DNA of 64,000 bases from assembly GCA_013375375.1 (NCBI GenBank), contig JABXJX010000002.1, forward strand, positions 1,584 to 65,583. The letters run 5' to 3'. Within the stretch, counting starts at the first letter, position 1, and every line of letters starts with the position of its first letter. Shown piece by piece: positions 1-11,500 of this stretch. Source of the DNA: Desulfobacterales bacterium (GTDB taxonomy: Bacteria > Desulfobacterota > Desulfobacteria > Desulfobacterales > C00003060). Position numbers and translations under genes: made by a program. The notes below the pieces were generated by a model. The model made no database searches, was not told the DNA's origin, and saw only the letters and a list, made by a program, of their open reading frames with translations.

Positions 1-141
1 TTTGCATGTCGCTGTGGACCTGGAAGGTTATGTGTCCGGGAGCATGAACCGGGCGTTGGATTGGAATTGAATGGATAGAGTTAGTATATGAAGAGAACGG
101 GCGAATGAACAAGTTAACCCAAGCCCGGGAACACAACCATA

Positions 142-921
142 ATGAAAGTTGATTTGCAATTGTGCAATCCTAAAATTCCTGGCGGGTGTGGCGTTGGCGG
201 AGTGGCCGACCTGAACGGTAAGCCTTCACGTGATATCATTGCTATGTCTTTGGAGGCGTGTGTTCGTCTGGAGCATCGCGGCGGACATATAGCAGATACC
301 GGTGATGGGTGCGGCGTATTGCTTCAGGTTTGTCGCCCCTTTTTTGAACAGTTTCTCCCCCGGCGGCTCATACCGGACCCTGATTCCCCGCTGGTTGTCG
401 GAACCTTTTTTTTCCCTCCCGGAGAGCAGACAAACGCGCGTGGATTGCAGCCTGAAATCGACCGTTTTTTCCGTAGGTGCGGCCTCAAGCCTCTAATGTG
501 GCGCAAAGTCCCGATACAATACAAGGTGCTAGGAGCAAGCGCTAATCAAAGTCGGCCTGAGATCTGGCACGCACTCCTCTCTCAAGGGATTGTGCCAAAG
601 GAACGCCTTCCCCTAGTTCTTTTTCAAGTCAAAAACAGTATTGAAAGAGAATTTCGCAAGATCTATACGGCCTCGCTTTCAGCGGATACAATAGTTTACA
701 AAGCCCTGGCTACATCTATACAGTTTGCGGAACTCTATCCTGACCTCCTCGATCCTTCCATGGAGAGCGCCCTGTGTCTATTCCATCGCCGATATTCGAC
801 CAATACATTTTCCAGTTGGGAGCTTGCCCAGGTTTTTCGGTATCTGGCCCAAAACGGTGAGATCAATTCGATCAAGGCAAACCGGCTTCCTCTTTTAACC
901 TTCAAAGTCAACTCGGCCTGA
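142..921 (+). CDS. gltB: glutamate synthase large subunit, N-terminal piece (Ntn/class-II glutamine amidotransferase domain); frame interrupted before the domain ends
   Basis: The translation has GGCGVGGVADL...RLEHRGG and QNGEINSIKAN, which are the nucleophile-Cys context and NGEIN motif of GltB amidotransferase domains. The ORF stops at 921, while the homologous continuation is in another frame. Confidence 0.75.
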   Translation: MKVDLQLCNPKIPGGCGVGGVADLNGKPSRDIIAMSLEACVRLEHRGGHIADTGDGCGVLLQVCRPFFEQFLPRRLIPDPDSPLVVGTFFFPPGEQTNARGLQPEIDRFFRRCGLKPLMWRKVPIQYKVLGASANQSRPEIWHALLSQGIVPKERLPLVLFQVKNSIEREFRKIYTASLSADTIVYKALATSIQFAELYPDLLDPSMESALCLFHRRYSTNTFSSWELAQVFRYLAQNGEINSIKANRLPLLTFKVNSA

Positions 922-932
922 ATCGAATCCTG

Positions 933-4511
<3,579 letters not shown>

Positions 4512-4600
4512 GAAGCATTGAACAAGGAAATTATGTTTGACAAGAGCCCCATAAGTGAGAAAATATTAACCATATGATCAGATATGGTGGGAGGATATAG

Positions 4601-6328
4601 ATGACGGGTAAGGTAATCTTGAAAGACGCCTTCAAGCGTTTCACCTTGGACCAGGACAAGGTCCTGTCACCTGAAGAGACAGTGCAGAGGTTTAAGGAAA
4701 GACTAAAAGAGGTGAATCTTGATCTTTTGGAAGAGACAATGAGAATCGATAACGGGAGGTTGGATATTCCCGTGTATTTCAGTATATGCGGACTGGATGC
4801 CCGCGAGACCATCGGCACAAAAAAACAGATGGGGAAGGGCGGCACCCCGCAACAGTCAGAGGCGAGTGCGGTTATGGAATTGGCTGAAAGATTCAGCTTC
4901 TTTAGTTTTTACAAAAATCCTGAAAACTTTTTTGTTGAGGAATACCGAAACCTGAACAATCGTGTCCTCCCCTTTGAAGCAATTGCCGCATCCGTGCATG
5001 ACGATTCGGACGACCCGGACAAGGCCCGGGAGGTTTTCTCAAGGCTCCCTTTGAAATGGACCCGGGCTTACAATCTGACCAGAGATGAAGAGGTTGTTGT
5101 TCCCTTTAACTGGTTTTTTGCCATTAATGAATACAACGGCCCTTCGGCCGGCAACTGTACGGAAGAAGCATTGAGCCAGGGAATATGTGAGGTTGTAGAA
5201 AGGCATGTCTCATCAATCATTAGCCGCAATAAGCTTAAAGTCCCCGCCGCCAACATAGACTCAGCAAGCGACACATTGGTTCTTGAGATGATCGGCAAGT
5301 ACCAAAAAGTGGGCATCAGGTTGTTCATCTCTGATTTTTCACTTGATACCGGGATTCCCAGTGTGGGGGTGCTTGCATACGACCCGTCCACCTTCCCGGA
5401 AAAGAGCGAGATCGTCTGGACTGCCGGAACGACACCCAGCCCCCAAAAGTCCTTAAGCCGTGCCTTGACGGAAGTGGCCCAGCTTGCCGGTGACTTTAAT
5501 ACGTCCTCTAACTACGTGGCGAGCGGTCTCCCCAAGTTCAGGACGCTTGAGGAGGCCGATTTCGTCATCCATGCCGACAGTGAGGTAGATATTACAAAAC
5601 TGCCGGACCTTTCCCATGACAACATAAGGGTCGAGGTGGAGAACTGTATTTCCGCCTTGTCCGGAATCGGCATGGAGGTCATTGTCGTCGATGTGACGCA
5701 TCCGAGGCTTGCAATACCGGCCTTTTATACCATCATACCGGGTGCCCATTTTCGGGAACGGGCCGCAGGAACCAGCACAGGTATGTTTTCGGCCAAGTTG
5801 ATAGCAGAGAGTGGTAACCCTGAATGGGCAATCGCCGAGCTACAAAAGGTTGACAGCCTGATGCCCGGAAAGTACTACGTCAAGTTTTTCCTGGGGTCAT
5901 GCCATCTTTCCATGAATGACCCCCCTGGGGCCTTAAGGTATTTTGAGGAGGCCTTGGCACTTAATCCGAAAGAGGAAGACATTGCCAGTAGTTACTCCTA
6001 TATGGGGGTCTGTTTGAAAGATCTGGGTCAATACCGACAGGCCATTGCGGCTCTTGAGAAGGCAGAGTGCTATGATAATGAGAGGACTGACATCTACAAC
6101 CTGATGGGATTCTGTTACTTTAAGTTAAAAAAACATGAAAAGGCCATCGAATGTTTCCGGAAAGTGCTACACCTGGATCCCTCTTCCGCCATCGACTATG
6201 CAAATATCGCTTCGAATTATCGGGATATGGGCAAAAAAGAAAAGGCTATTCGTTATTATGAGGTTGCCCTGGAGCTCGATCCTACCATAGAGTTTGCCAA
6301 GGATAATCTATCCATGCTTCAACAATGA
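4601..6328 (+). CDS. YcaO-domain protein with C-terminal TPR repeats
   Basis: Contains GKGGTPQQSEASAVMELAERFSFF, the YcaO ATP-binding/KGxT..SA..E..ER signature. The last ~150 aa show TPR-like repeats (ALRYFEEALALNP, AIAALEKAECYD, AIECFRKVLHLDP, AIRYYEVALELDP). RBS GGGAGG lies upstream. Confidence 0.8.
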   Translation: MTGKVILKDAFKRFTLDQDKVLSPEETVQRFKERLKEVNLDLLEETMRIDNGRLDIPVYFSICGLDARETIGTKKQMGKGGTPQQSEASAVMELAERFSFFSFYKNPENFFVEEYRNLNNRVLPFEAIAASVHDDSDDPDKAREVFSRLPLKWTRAYNLTRDEEVVVPFNWFFAINEYNGPSAGNCTEEALSQGICEVVERHVSSIISRNKLKVPAANIDSASDTLVLEMIGKYQKVGIRLFISDFSLDTGIPSVGVLAYDPSTFPEKSEIVWTAGTTPSPQKSLSRALTEVAQLAGDFNTSSNYVASGLPKFRTLEEADFVIHADSEVDITKLPDLSHDNIRVEVENCISALSGIGMEVIVVDVTHPRLAIPAFYTIIPGAHFRERAAGTSTGMFSAKLIAESGNPEWAIAELQKVDSLMPGKYYVKFFLGSCHLSMNDPPGALRYFEEALALNPKEEDIASSYSYMGVCLKDLGQYRQAIAALEKAECYDNERTDIYNLMGFCYFKLKKHEKAIECFRKVLHLDPSSAIDYANIASNYRDMGKKEKAIRYYEVALELDPTIEFAKDNLSMLQQ

Positions 6329-6614
6329 CGGCATCAAATGGATGAGTTAGGCAAAGGGTGCACCTTCCATGGCATACCAACCGATAAGGCCCGCCAATCA
6401 AGAGACTTGGGCCGGTCAAAAACGGACTATTCCAAAATGGTATGATAACCCCCAACTAATTGAATTAACATGTTTTTACTCCTAATGTGTGCCAAATTGG
6501 GATGCTGAAGACTACAAGCCAAACCTTCGCAATATGTTCCCCCATCAGAGCCCCCCTTGTTTAACATCTTGAATTTACAATTCTTTTGCTTCATGCCACC
6601 CAAATATTCCTTTC

Positions 6615-6630
6615 TGGCACGATAGGTGCT
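6615..6630 (+). promoter_or_regulatory. candidate sigma54 (-24/-12) promoter
   Basis: TGGCACGATAGGTGCT matches TGGCAC-N5-TTGCW with GG and GC correctly spaced. It lies 49 nt upstream of the 6679 start. Confidence 0.4.
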
Positions 6631-6678
6631 CTAAAGAACAGGTAAAGCACATAAGGCGAGGGGAGACGAAGGGAAAGG

Positions 6679-7755
6679 ATGATTATGAACATATTAGTTG
6701 TGGACGATGAAAAGGTACAGCTCGAAACCCTGAAGCGGGGGCTGAGAAGTAAAGGGCACGAGGTTGCGGGGGCATTGAGTGCTAAAGATGCAATAAGACA
6801 CCTTGAGGATAGCACCCTGAGACACCTCAAGAATGGTGCTAAGATTGATTTGGTCTTAACAGATTATTCCATGCCGGAAATGAATGGGCTGGAACTATTA
6901 AAAAGGATACGCAAAGACCACGGCTCCTTGCCGGTCATAATGATGACGGCCTACGGCGAAAAAGATCTGATCATTGATGCACTCCGTAACAGGTGCGACA
7001 GCTTTATCGAAAAGCCCTTTACCCTTGACCAGTTGATGCAAGAAATTGAAAGGGCCAAGATAAGCATCCTTGAAAACGCCAACACCGATCAACTCTCTGA
7101 TCTCATCCCCGAGTTTCTCCATCAAATCAATAATCCCCTGACGTCCATCATCGGGAGTGCAGAGCTGGCCATGCTTAAATCGAATAATGCGGAGGCAATC
7201 AAGAAACTCCTGACCGGTATTATGACGGCCACCGAAGAAATCCAGGCGATCAGCAAAGAGCTACTGACGCTTGGTCAGACAACCAAGGATGAAATTGAGA
7301 AGGTGGACATAATGGTCCTCTTGGATGATTGCATCGACATGTTTAAAGACCTGCTGCTCTTAAAGGGTATCACTGTGGAAAAAGATTTTAGCGGCCGCGA
7401 TGTATGCCTTTCTGGGAATAAATTCGGCCTTGAACAAGCATTCAAAAATTTGATCCTAAACGCGATCGATTCGATGGAAGACACGCCTGAAAAGATTTTA
7501 AAGATAAAGGTCACAGCAGATGAGAAGACATCTTCGGTGTCGATACATGTCGAAGATACGGGTTGCGGCATTCCAAAAGAATTAGTGGACAAGATCTTCA
7601 CGCCGTATTTCACGAAAAAGAAAGACGGCACGGGTCTTGGCCTGCCGGTTGTGAAGCGTGTCGTAGCAGAACACAAGGGGGTGATACGGGTTCACAGCCA
7701 GGTGGGAAAGGGAACAATCTTCAGGGTCAGGTTCCCGGAAAATTGCGGATCTTAG
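6679..7755 (+). CDS. response-regulator receiver fused to histidine kinase (REC-HisKA-HATPase_c)
   Basis: N-terminal ILVVDDE...DLVLTDYSMPEMNG...KPF is a receiver domain. H-box LHQINNPLTSIIGSAEL is present, and the C-terminal DTGCGIP...GTGLGLPVV carries the ATPase G-boxes. Confidence 0.85.
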   Translation: MIMNILVVDDEKVQLETLKRGLRSKGHEVAGALSAKDAIRHLEDSTLRHLKNGAKIDLVLTDYSMPEMNGLELLKRIRKDHGSLPVIMMTAYGEKDLIIDALRNRCDSFIEKPFTLDQLMQEIERAKISILENANTDQLSDLIPEFLHQINNPLTSIIGSAELAMLKSNNAEAIKKLLTGIMTATEEIQAISKELLTLGQTTKDEIEKVDIMVLLDDCIDMFKDLLLLKGITVEKDFSGRDVCLSGNKFGLEQAFKNLILNAIDSMEDTPEKILKIKVTADEKTSSVSIHVEDTGCGIPKELVDKIFTPYFTKKKDGTGLGLPVVKRVVAEHKGVIRVHSQVGKGTIFRVRFPENCGS

Positions 7756-7770
7756 ATTGCGTGGCGGAGG

Positions 7771-8031
7771 TTACAAACGAGAACCTTTTCTACTCGACAT
7801 TGGTTTGGGGTCATAATGTCTTTTCTTTCGTTCCGAGTCTCCCGGGCTGGTGTTTTTGGTGATTTATCTGCAGGGGATTTTTGCCCCCTCCGCATTCTCC
7901 CGCAAGCGGGAGCTGCGGTTTCCCCCACAGATAAGTCACAAAAACACGGCGCCCTCCCGCCAGTCACTCCAGAAAAGATATCATGACCCCCCTATCTATA
8001 TAATGTCGGGTAGTTAATGTATTTTTTAGTA
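7771..8031 (+). repeat. nested-hairpin MITE-like repeat, full-length copy A
   Basis: This 261-bp copy is near-identical to 22666-22925 and 41266-41499. Its left and right halves are imperfect reverse complements. It fills the gap between the convergent stops at 7755 and 8034. Confidence 0.85.
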
Positions 8032-8033
8032 GG

Positions 8034-9125
8034 TCAATTTTGCCTAAGGATTGAAGCTACAATTGTATCATGAAGAAGTGGCCTGAACGTCTTGATTCGT
8101 TCATTATCCCGGCTGGGATGAATACGGTTGGTCAGGAGGATCACGATCAGATTTTTTTGGAGGTCCATCCAGAAGGATGTCCCTGTAAAACCGAGGTGGC
8201 CGACACTTTGATCAGAAAAATGCCGTCCGCTGCTCGAATCGGGCTGTGAAGGGGTATCAAACCCGAGCGCCCAGCTCCCAGGACCGGACTGTTGCCTGAG
8301 AAATGTTTGCACCACATTTTCGTGTAAGAGGCCGCTGTTTTGTTTTCCCTCGTGGGTATTTAGGAGTTCTTTGAGGAGACCATAAACATCCTGGGCTGTA
8401 CCAAACAGCCCGGCGTGTCCTGCCACCCCTCCCAACACATAAGCGTTGTCGTCGTGGACCTCGCCATCCAGAATTTTCCCGCGCCAAGGACAGTCTTCAG
8501 TCGCGGCATACAACTGATCGTTTCGTACTTGTGACAGCTCAACACTCAAGGGGATGAAAAAAAGATGCTTGAGTCCGAGTGGCCCATACACGGAATCTTC
8601 CACAAACCGGTCAAGAGACTCTTGTGCAATGACTTCAACCAGCCATTCCAGGATCATGAAACCGATATCGCTGTACAGGCAAGCTTGCCCTGGTTTATGG
8701 ATAAGTTCTTCGGCAAGAAGCAGCTTCCTGAGTGAAGCTTTTCGCTCAGATGGCGGGATCTCCATGAGCTTCTTGTAATAGGGCCGGTAGTCCGGAAGAC
8801 CGGATGTGTGTGAAAGAAGCCGGCGGATAGTGATTTCTGCTTTGTCCGTACCTGAGCAGTCCTGGATTACGCTGCCCAGCGTCTGATCAGGATCAAGCTT
8901 TCCGTCCTGGACAAGGAGCATAATAGCAACAGTGGTGGACAGGGGCTTGGTCAATGATGCCAGGTCAAAGACTGTTCCGGTTGTCATGGGCCACTCAGGC
9001 GCGAGTCTCGCAAGGCCGAATGCCTCAAAGAATACCACGCGACCTTCCTTTGCTACAAGGAGCACACCACCCGGAAAGACACCGTCTATGACGCCGCTTT
9101 TCATCAAATCCCGTACGGACTTCAT
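8034..9125 (-). CDS. serine hydrolase, beta-lactamase/PBP4-like family
   Basis: SxxK motif in DLASLTKPLSTTV, plus HTSGLPDY and a HLGFTGTS-type C-terminal motif. Overlaps ldcA by 4 nt. Confidence 0.75.
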   Translation of the reverse strand: MKSVRDLMKSGVIDGVFPGGVLLVAKEGRVVFFEAFGLARLAPEWPMTTGTVFDLASLTKPLSTTVAIMLLVQDGKLDPDQTLGSVIQDCSGTDKAEITIRRLLSHTSGLPDYRPYYKKLMEIPPSERKASLRKLLLAEELIHKPGQACLYSDIGFMILEWLVEVIAQESLDRFVEDSVYGPLGLKHLFFIPLSVELSQVRNDQLYAATEDCPWRGKILDGEVHDDNAYVLGGVAGHAGLFGTAQDVYGLLKELLNTHEGKQNSGLLHENVVQTFLRQQSGPGSWALGFDTPSQPDSSSGRHFSDQSVGHLGFTGTSFWMDLQKNLIVILLTNRIHPSRDNERIKTFRPLLHDTIVASILRQN

Positions 9126-10042
9126 GATGTGTCCTTGTAGGTGGCTGGTTCCTGAAATCGAAGGCTACCGTTTTCAGTATCCAAGTGTGCTTCGAGTCCG
9201 ATCGGTACGGTTAGGTTTTCGGTTCCGTGGCCAATGTCGAATCCCGCGAGAATGGGGATGTCCATGTAGCGAAATGCTTCCTTGACAATCGCATACACAT
9301 CCTCAAGGGAGCCGCATTCCTGAAAGGACCCTAAAATAATTCCGGCAATTCCATCCAGGTGTCCCCCGAGATAGAGTTGAGAAAGCATCCTGTCAATACG
9401 GTAGGGGGCTTCCCCGCGGTCTTCGAAAAAAAGGAGATGCCCGTCAAACCGTGGCTCATAAGGTGTCCCCAGGAGATGGCAGATACTGGTAAGGTTGCCT
9501 CCCACCACATGGCCTGAGGCACGCCCGGGATTTAGGACCACAGGCTGGGACGGCTTGAATTCCAGGGGCAGGGTTGAGCCTATGGCGTCAATCAATGCTG
9601 TGCAGGTTTTTTCAGGGCCGGTTCCCAGGCTGGTTACGAGCGGCCCGTGAAACGTTACAAGTTGGCATCTGGCATAAATAGTCACCAGCAGGGCGGTTAT
9701 GTCGCTGAATCCCACCAGGATTTTCGGGTTGGCACGGATGGCCTCAAAGTCAAGCGAAGGGAGAACCTTCATGGAGCCGAATCCCCCACGGGCACAGAGT
9801 ATTGCTTTTATTGATTCATCTTCAAACAGCTTGATCAACTGTGAGGCGCGCTCGATATCGGAACCGGCAAGATATCCCTTGCGGCTGAAGAGATTGTCGG
9901 GAATCTTTACACGGTAGCCCGCAGACTCGAGTACTCCAACCCCGCGCTCAAAGGCCTCTCGATCAAACGGGGAGGCCGGCGCTGCAATACCGATGGTGTC
10001 GCCGGGGCAGATGGCCTGAGGTTTGACGAGAGGTTGTTCCAT
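9122..10042 (-). CDS. ldcA: LD-carboxypeptidase (muramoyltetrapeptide carboxypeptidase, peptidase S66)
   Basis: ILCARGGFGS, VGFSDITALL (catalytic Ser context) and a GHG..N C-terminal motif. Confidence 0.8.
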   Translation of the reverse strand: MEQPLVKPQAICPGDTIGIAAPASPFDREAFERGVGVLESAGYRVKIPDNLFSRKGYLAGSDIERASQLIKLFEDESIKAILCARGGFGSMKVLPSLDFEAIRANPKILVGFSDITALLVTIYARCQLVTFHGPLVTSLGTGPEKTCTALIDAIGSTLPLEFKPSQPVVLNPGRASGHVVGGNLTSICHLLGTPYEPRFDGHLLFFEDRGEAPYRIDRMLSQLYLGGHLDGIAGIILGSFQECGSLEDVYAIVKEAFRYMDIPILAGFDIGHGTENLTVPIGLEAHLDTENGSLRFQEPATYKDTS

Positions 10043-10149
10043 AAATTAAAAATAGCATGGAACCCGTTGGATTGTAAAGGTTTGTAATTGAAACCAAGAG
10101 GTGTGTTGACAGACCAGGTACAAAGTGTTAGTGAAATTTACATTCTCGG

Positions 10150-10226
<77 letters not shown>

Positions 10227-10347
10227 GAAAAACTTGAAAATTAAGCGGGCGAGAGGATAGCTGATCCGCTCTTTTTTATGACTTTTTAGGCTGTGTATAT
10301 CCTATGTATACCTTATTCTACTCCCATGGCACTGTTTCATATAGTGT

Positions 10348-11325
10348 TTAGTGAGCAAGTTCTGACGTTAAAGTTACGTCTCCTGCCAAGACTCTCCGAA
10401 TCTTATCCTTCTGGTCCTTAACGATAAGGGCTCCGTCTTTGTCTATGTCCAATGCATATCCTACAAAAGAACCGCTCGCATCTGCTATCTTCACCCGAGA
10501 ATGGATGGTTTGATCCCATCGCCGCCAACGCTCTCTGAACGCCTCAAAGTTGGCTGTTTTGAATTCATCATAAAGGGCCTCTATGTTTGGCAAGATCCTC
10601 TGAACGAGCGTCCGCCGGCACACGGGATGGCCGGCCACCTCGGCAATGGATGTGGCAGTAGATCGAAGATCATCTGGAAACATGGATGCGGGTGTATTGA
10701 CGTTAATACCAATTCCCAAGATGATGTAATGGACCCTCTCTGGTTCCGCGCTCATCTCTACCAGAATGCCGGACACCTTCTTCCCTTCAAGAAGGACATC
10801 GTTCGGCCATTTTATCCGAGGTTGAAGGCCGGTGACCCGAGAAATACTCTCACAAATGCCGATCCCCATTACAATGGGTATCTGGGCAATGTTGAACGGT
10901 TCAAGGTCTGGTCGGAGAATGAGGGATAGATAGATCCCCATCCCTGGAGGGGAGACCCAGTGTCGATCCCTTCGACCCCTGCCTTCTGACTGTGCTTCGG
11001 CCACAACCAGGGTGCCTTCTTCTGCATTGCTTTCTGCAAGCCGCTTGGCTTCATATTGCGTGGAGGCCGCTTCCTCATGATATTGTATGGATCGGCCGAA
11101 AACATGAGTGGTAAGACCTGATTGGATCTCCTCAGGATTCAGAAGATCCGGAGCCTGTTCAAGGCGGTAGCCCAATCTGGGGGAGGAGTTAATTTGATAC
11201 CCCGCTTTGCGAAGATTCCGGATATACTTCCAAACCGCTGTCCGGGTGATGCCAAGGTTCTTAGCTATATTCTCCCCGGAGATGTAGGCACCCTCTCTCA
11301 GGCGTTTGAGGATTTCTCTCCGCAT
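10348..11325 (-). CDS. birA: bifunctional biotin-[acetyl-CoA-carboxylase] ligase / biotin operon repressor
   Basis: N-terminal wHTH (ISGENIAKNLGITRTAVWKYIRNLR), the GRGRRDRHW biotin-binding loop, and KWPNDV. Confidence 0.9.
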   Translation of the reverse strand: MRREILKRLREGAYISGENIAKNLGITRTAVWKYIRNLRKAGYQINSSPRLGYRLEQAPDLLNPEEIQSGLTTHVFGRSIQYHEEAASTQYEAKRLAESNAEEGTLVVAEAQSEGRGRRDRHWVSPPGMGIYLSLILRPDLEPFNIAQIPIVMGIGICESISRVTGLQPRIKWPNDVLLEGKKVSGILVEMSAEPERVHYIILGIGINVNTPASMFPDDLRSTATSIAEVAGHPVCRRTLVQRILPNIEALYDEFKTANFEAFRERWRRWDQTIHSRVKIADASGSFVGYALDIDKDGALIVKDQKDKIRRVLAGDVTLTSELAH

Positions 11326-11411
11326 AAGATTTAAGTTAACGTAAACAGGATGTTTTTTCCACTTAAATTTCTTTGGTGCAAGATTTGCCGGAGAAAGAGA
11401 ACCTCTGCCTT

Positions 11412-11450
11412 GCTATTGTTAACCTAAAAATATTTTTGGTTGACAATAGC
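11412..11450. promoter_or_regulatory. BirA-operator-like palindrome overlapping a TTGACA -35 box
   Basis: GCTATTGTTAACC-N13-GGTTGACAATAGC has 13-bp arms with 1 mismatch. The half-sites resemble the TTGTAAACC/GGTTTACAA bioO type. TTGACA (11440-11445) sits inside the right arm, and CATAAT/ATAATC follows 15-16 nt downstream. Confidence 0.55.
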
Positions 11451-11500
11451 AGGCTTTTGTCATAATCCCCTTCAAGCTTATCCTGGAGGTAGGATTATAC

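Noticed and set aside
6338-6448. 36-aa ORF (MDELGKGCTFHGIPTDK...) just downstream of the YcaO-TPR gene, as a possible precursor peptide
   Set aside because: It has no RBS and no Cys/Ser/Thr-rich core or leader-like features. It lies in a region better explained as the promoter and leader of the next gene.
7752-7967. ORFs inside the hairpin repeats (also 7563..7862, 22416..22802, 22672..22896, 41885..42457, 25457..25696), which could be read as a small conserved protein family (TPNQC peptides)
   Set aside because: Their similarity is explained by the DNA repeat itself. The frames and lengths differ between copies, and the short copies delete most of the supposed coding region.
10243-10278. 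Possible intrinsic terminator after tRNA-Pro (AGCGG...CCGCT followed by CTTTTTT)
   Set aside because: The stem is only 4-5 bp with a ~17-nt loop, which is too weak to call.
11326-11500. Cobalamin riboswitch upstream of the BtuB-sized TonB-dependent receptor
   Set aside because: No B12-box (GCCACTG-like) or conserved cobalamin-riboswitch core is visible, and the leader after the predicted promoter is only ~35 nt.
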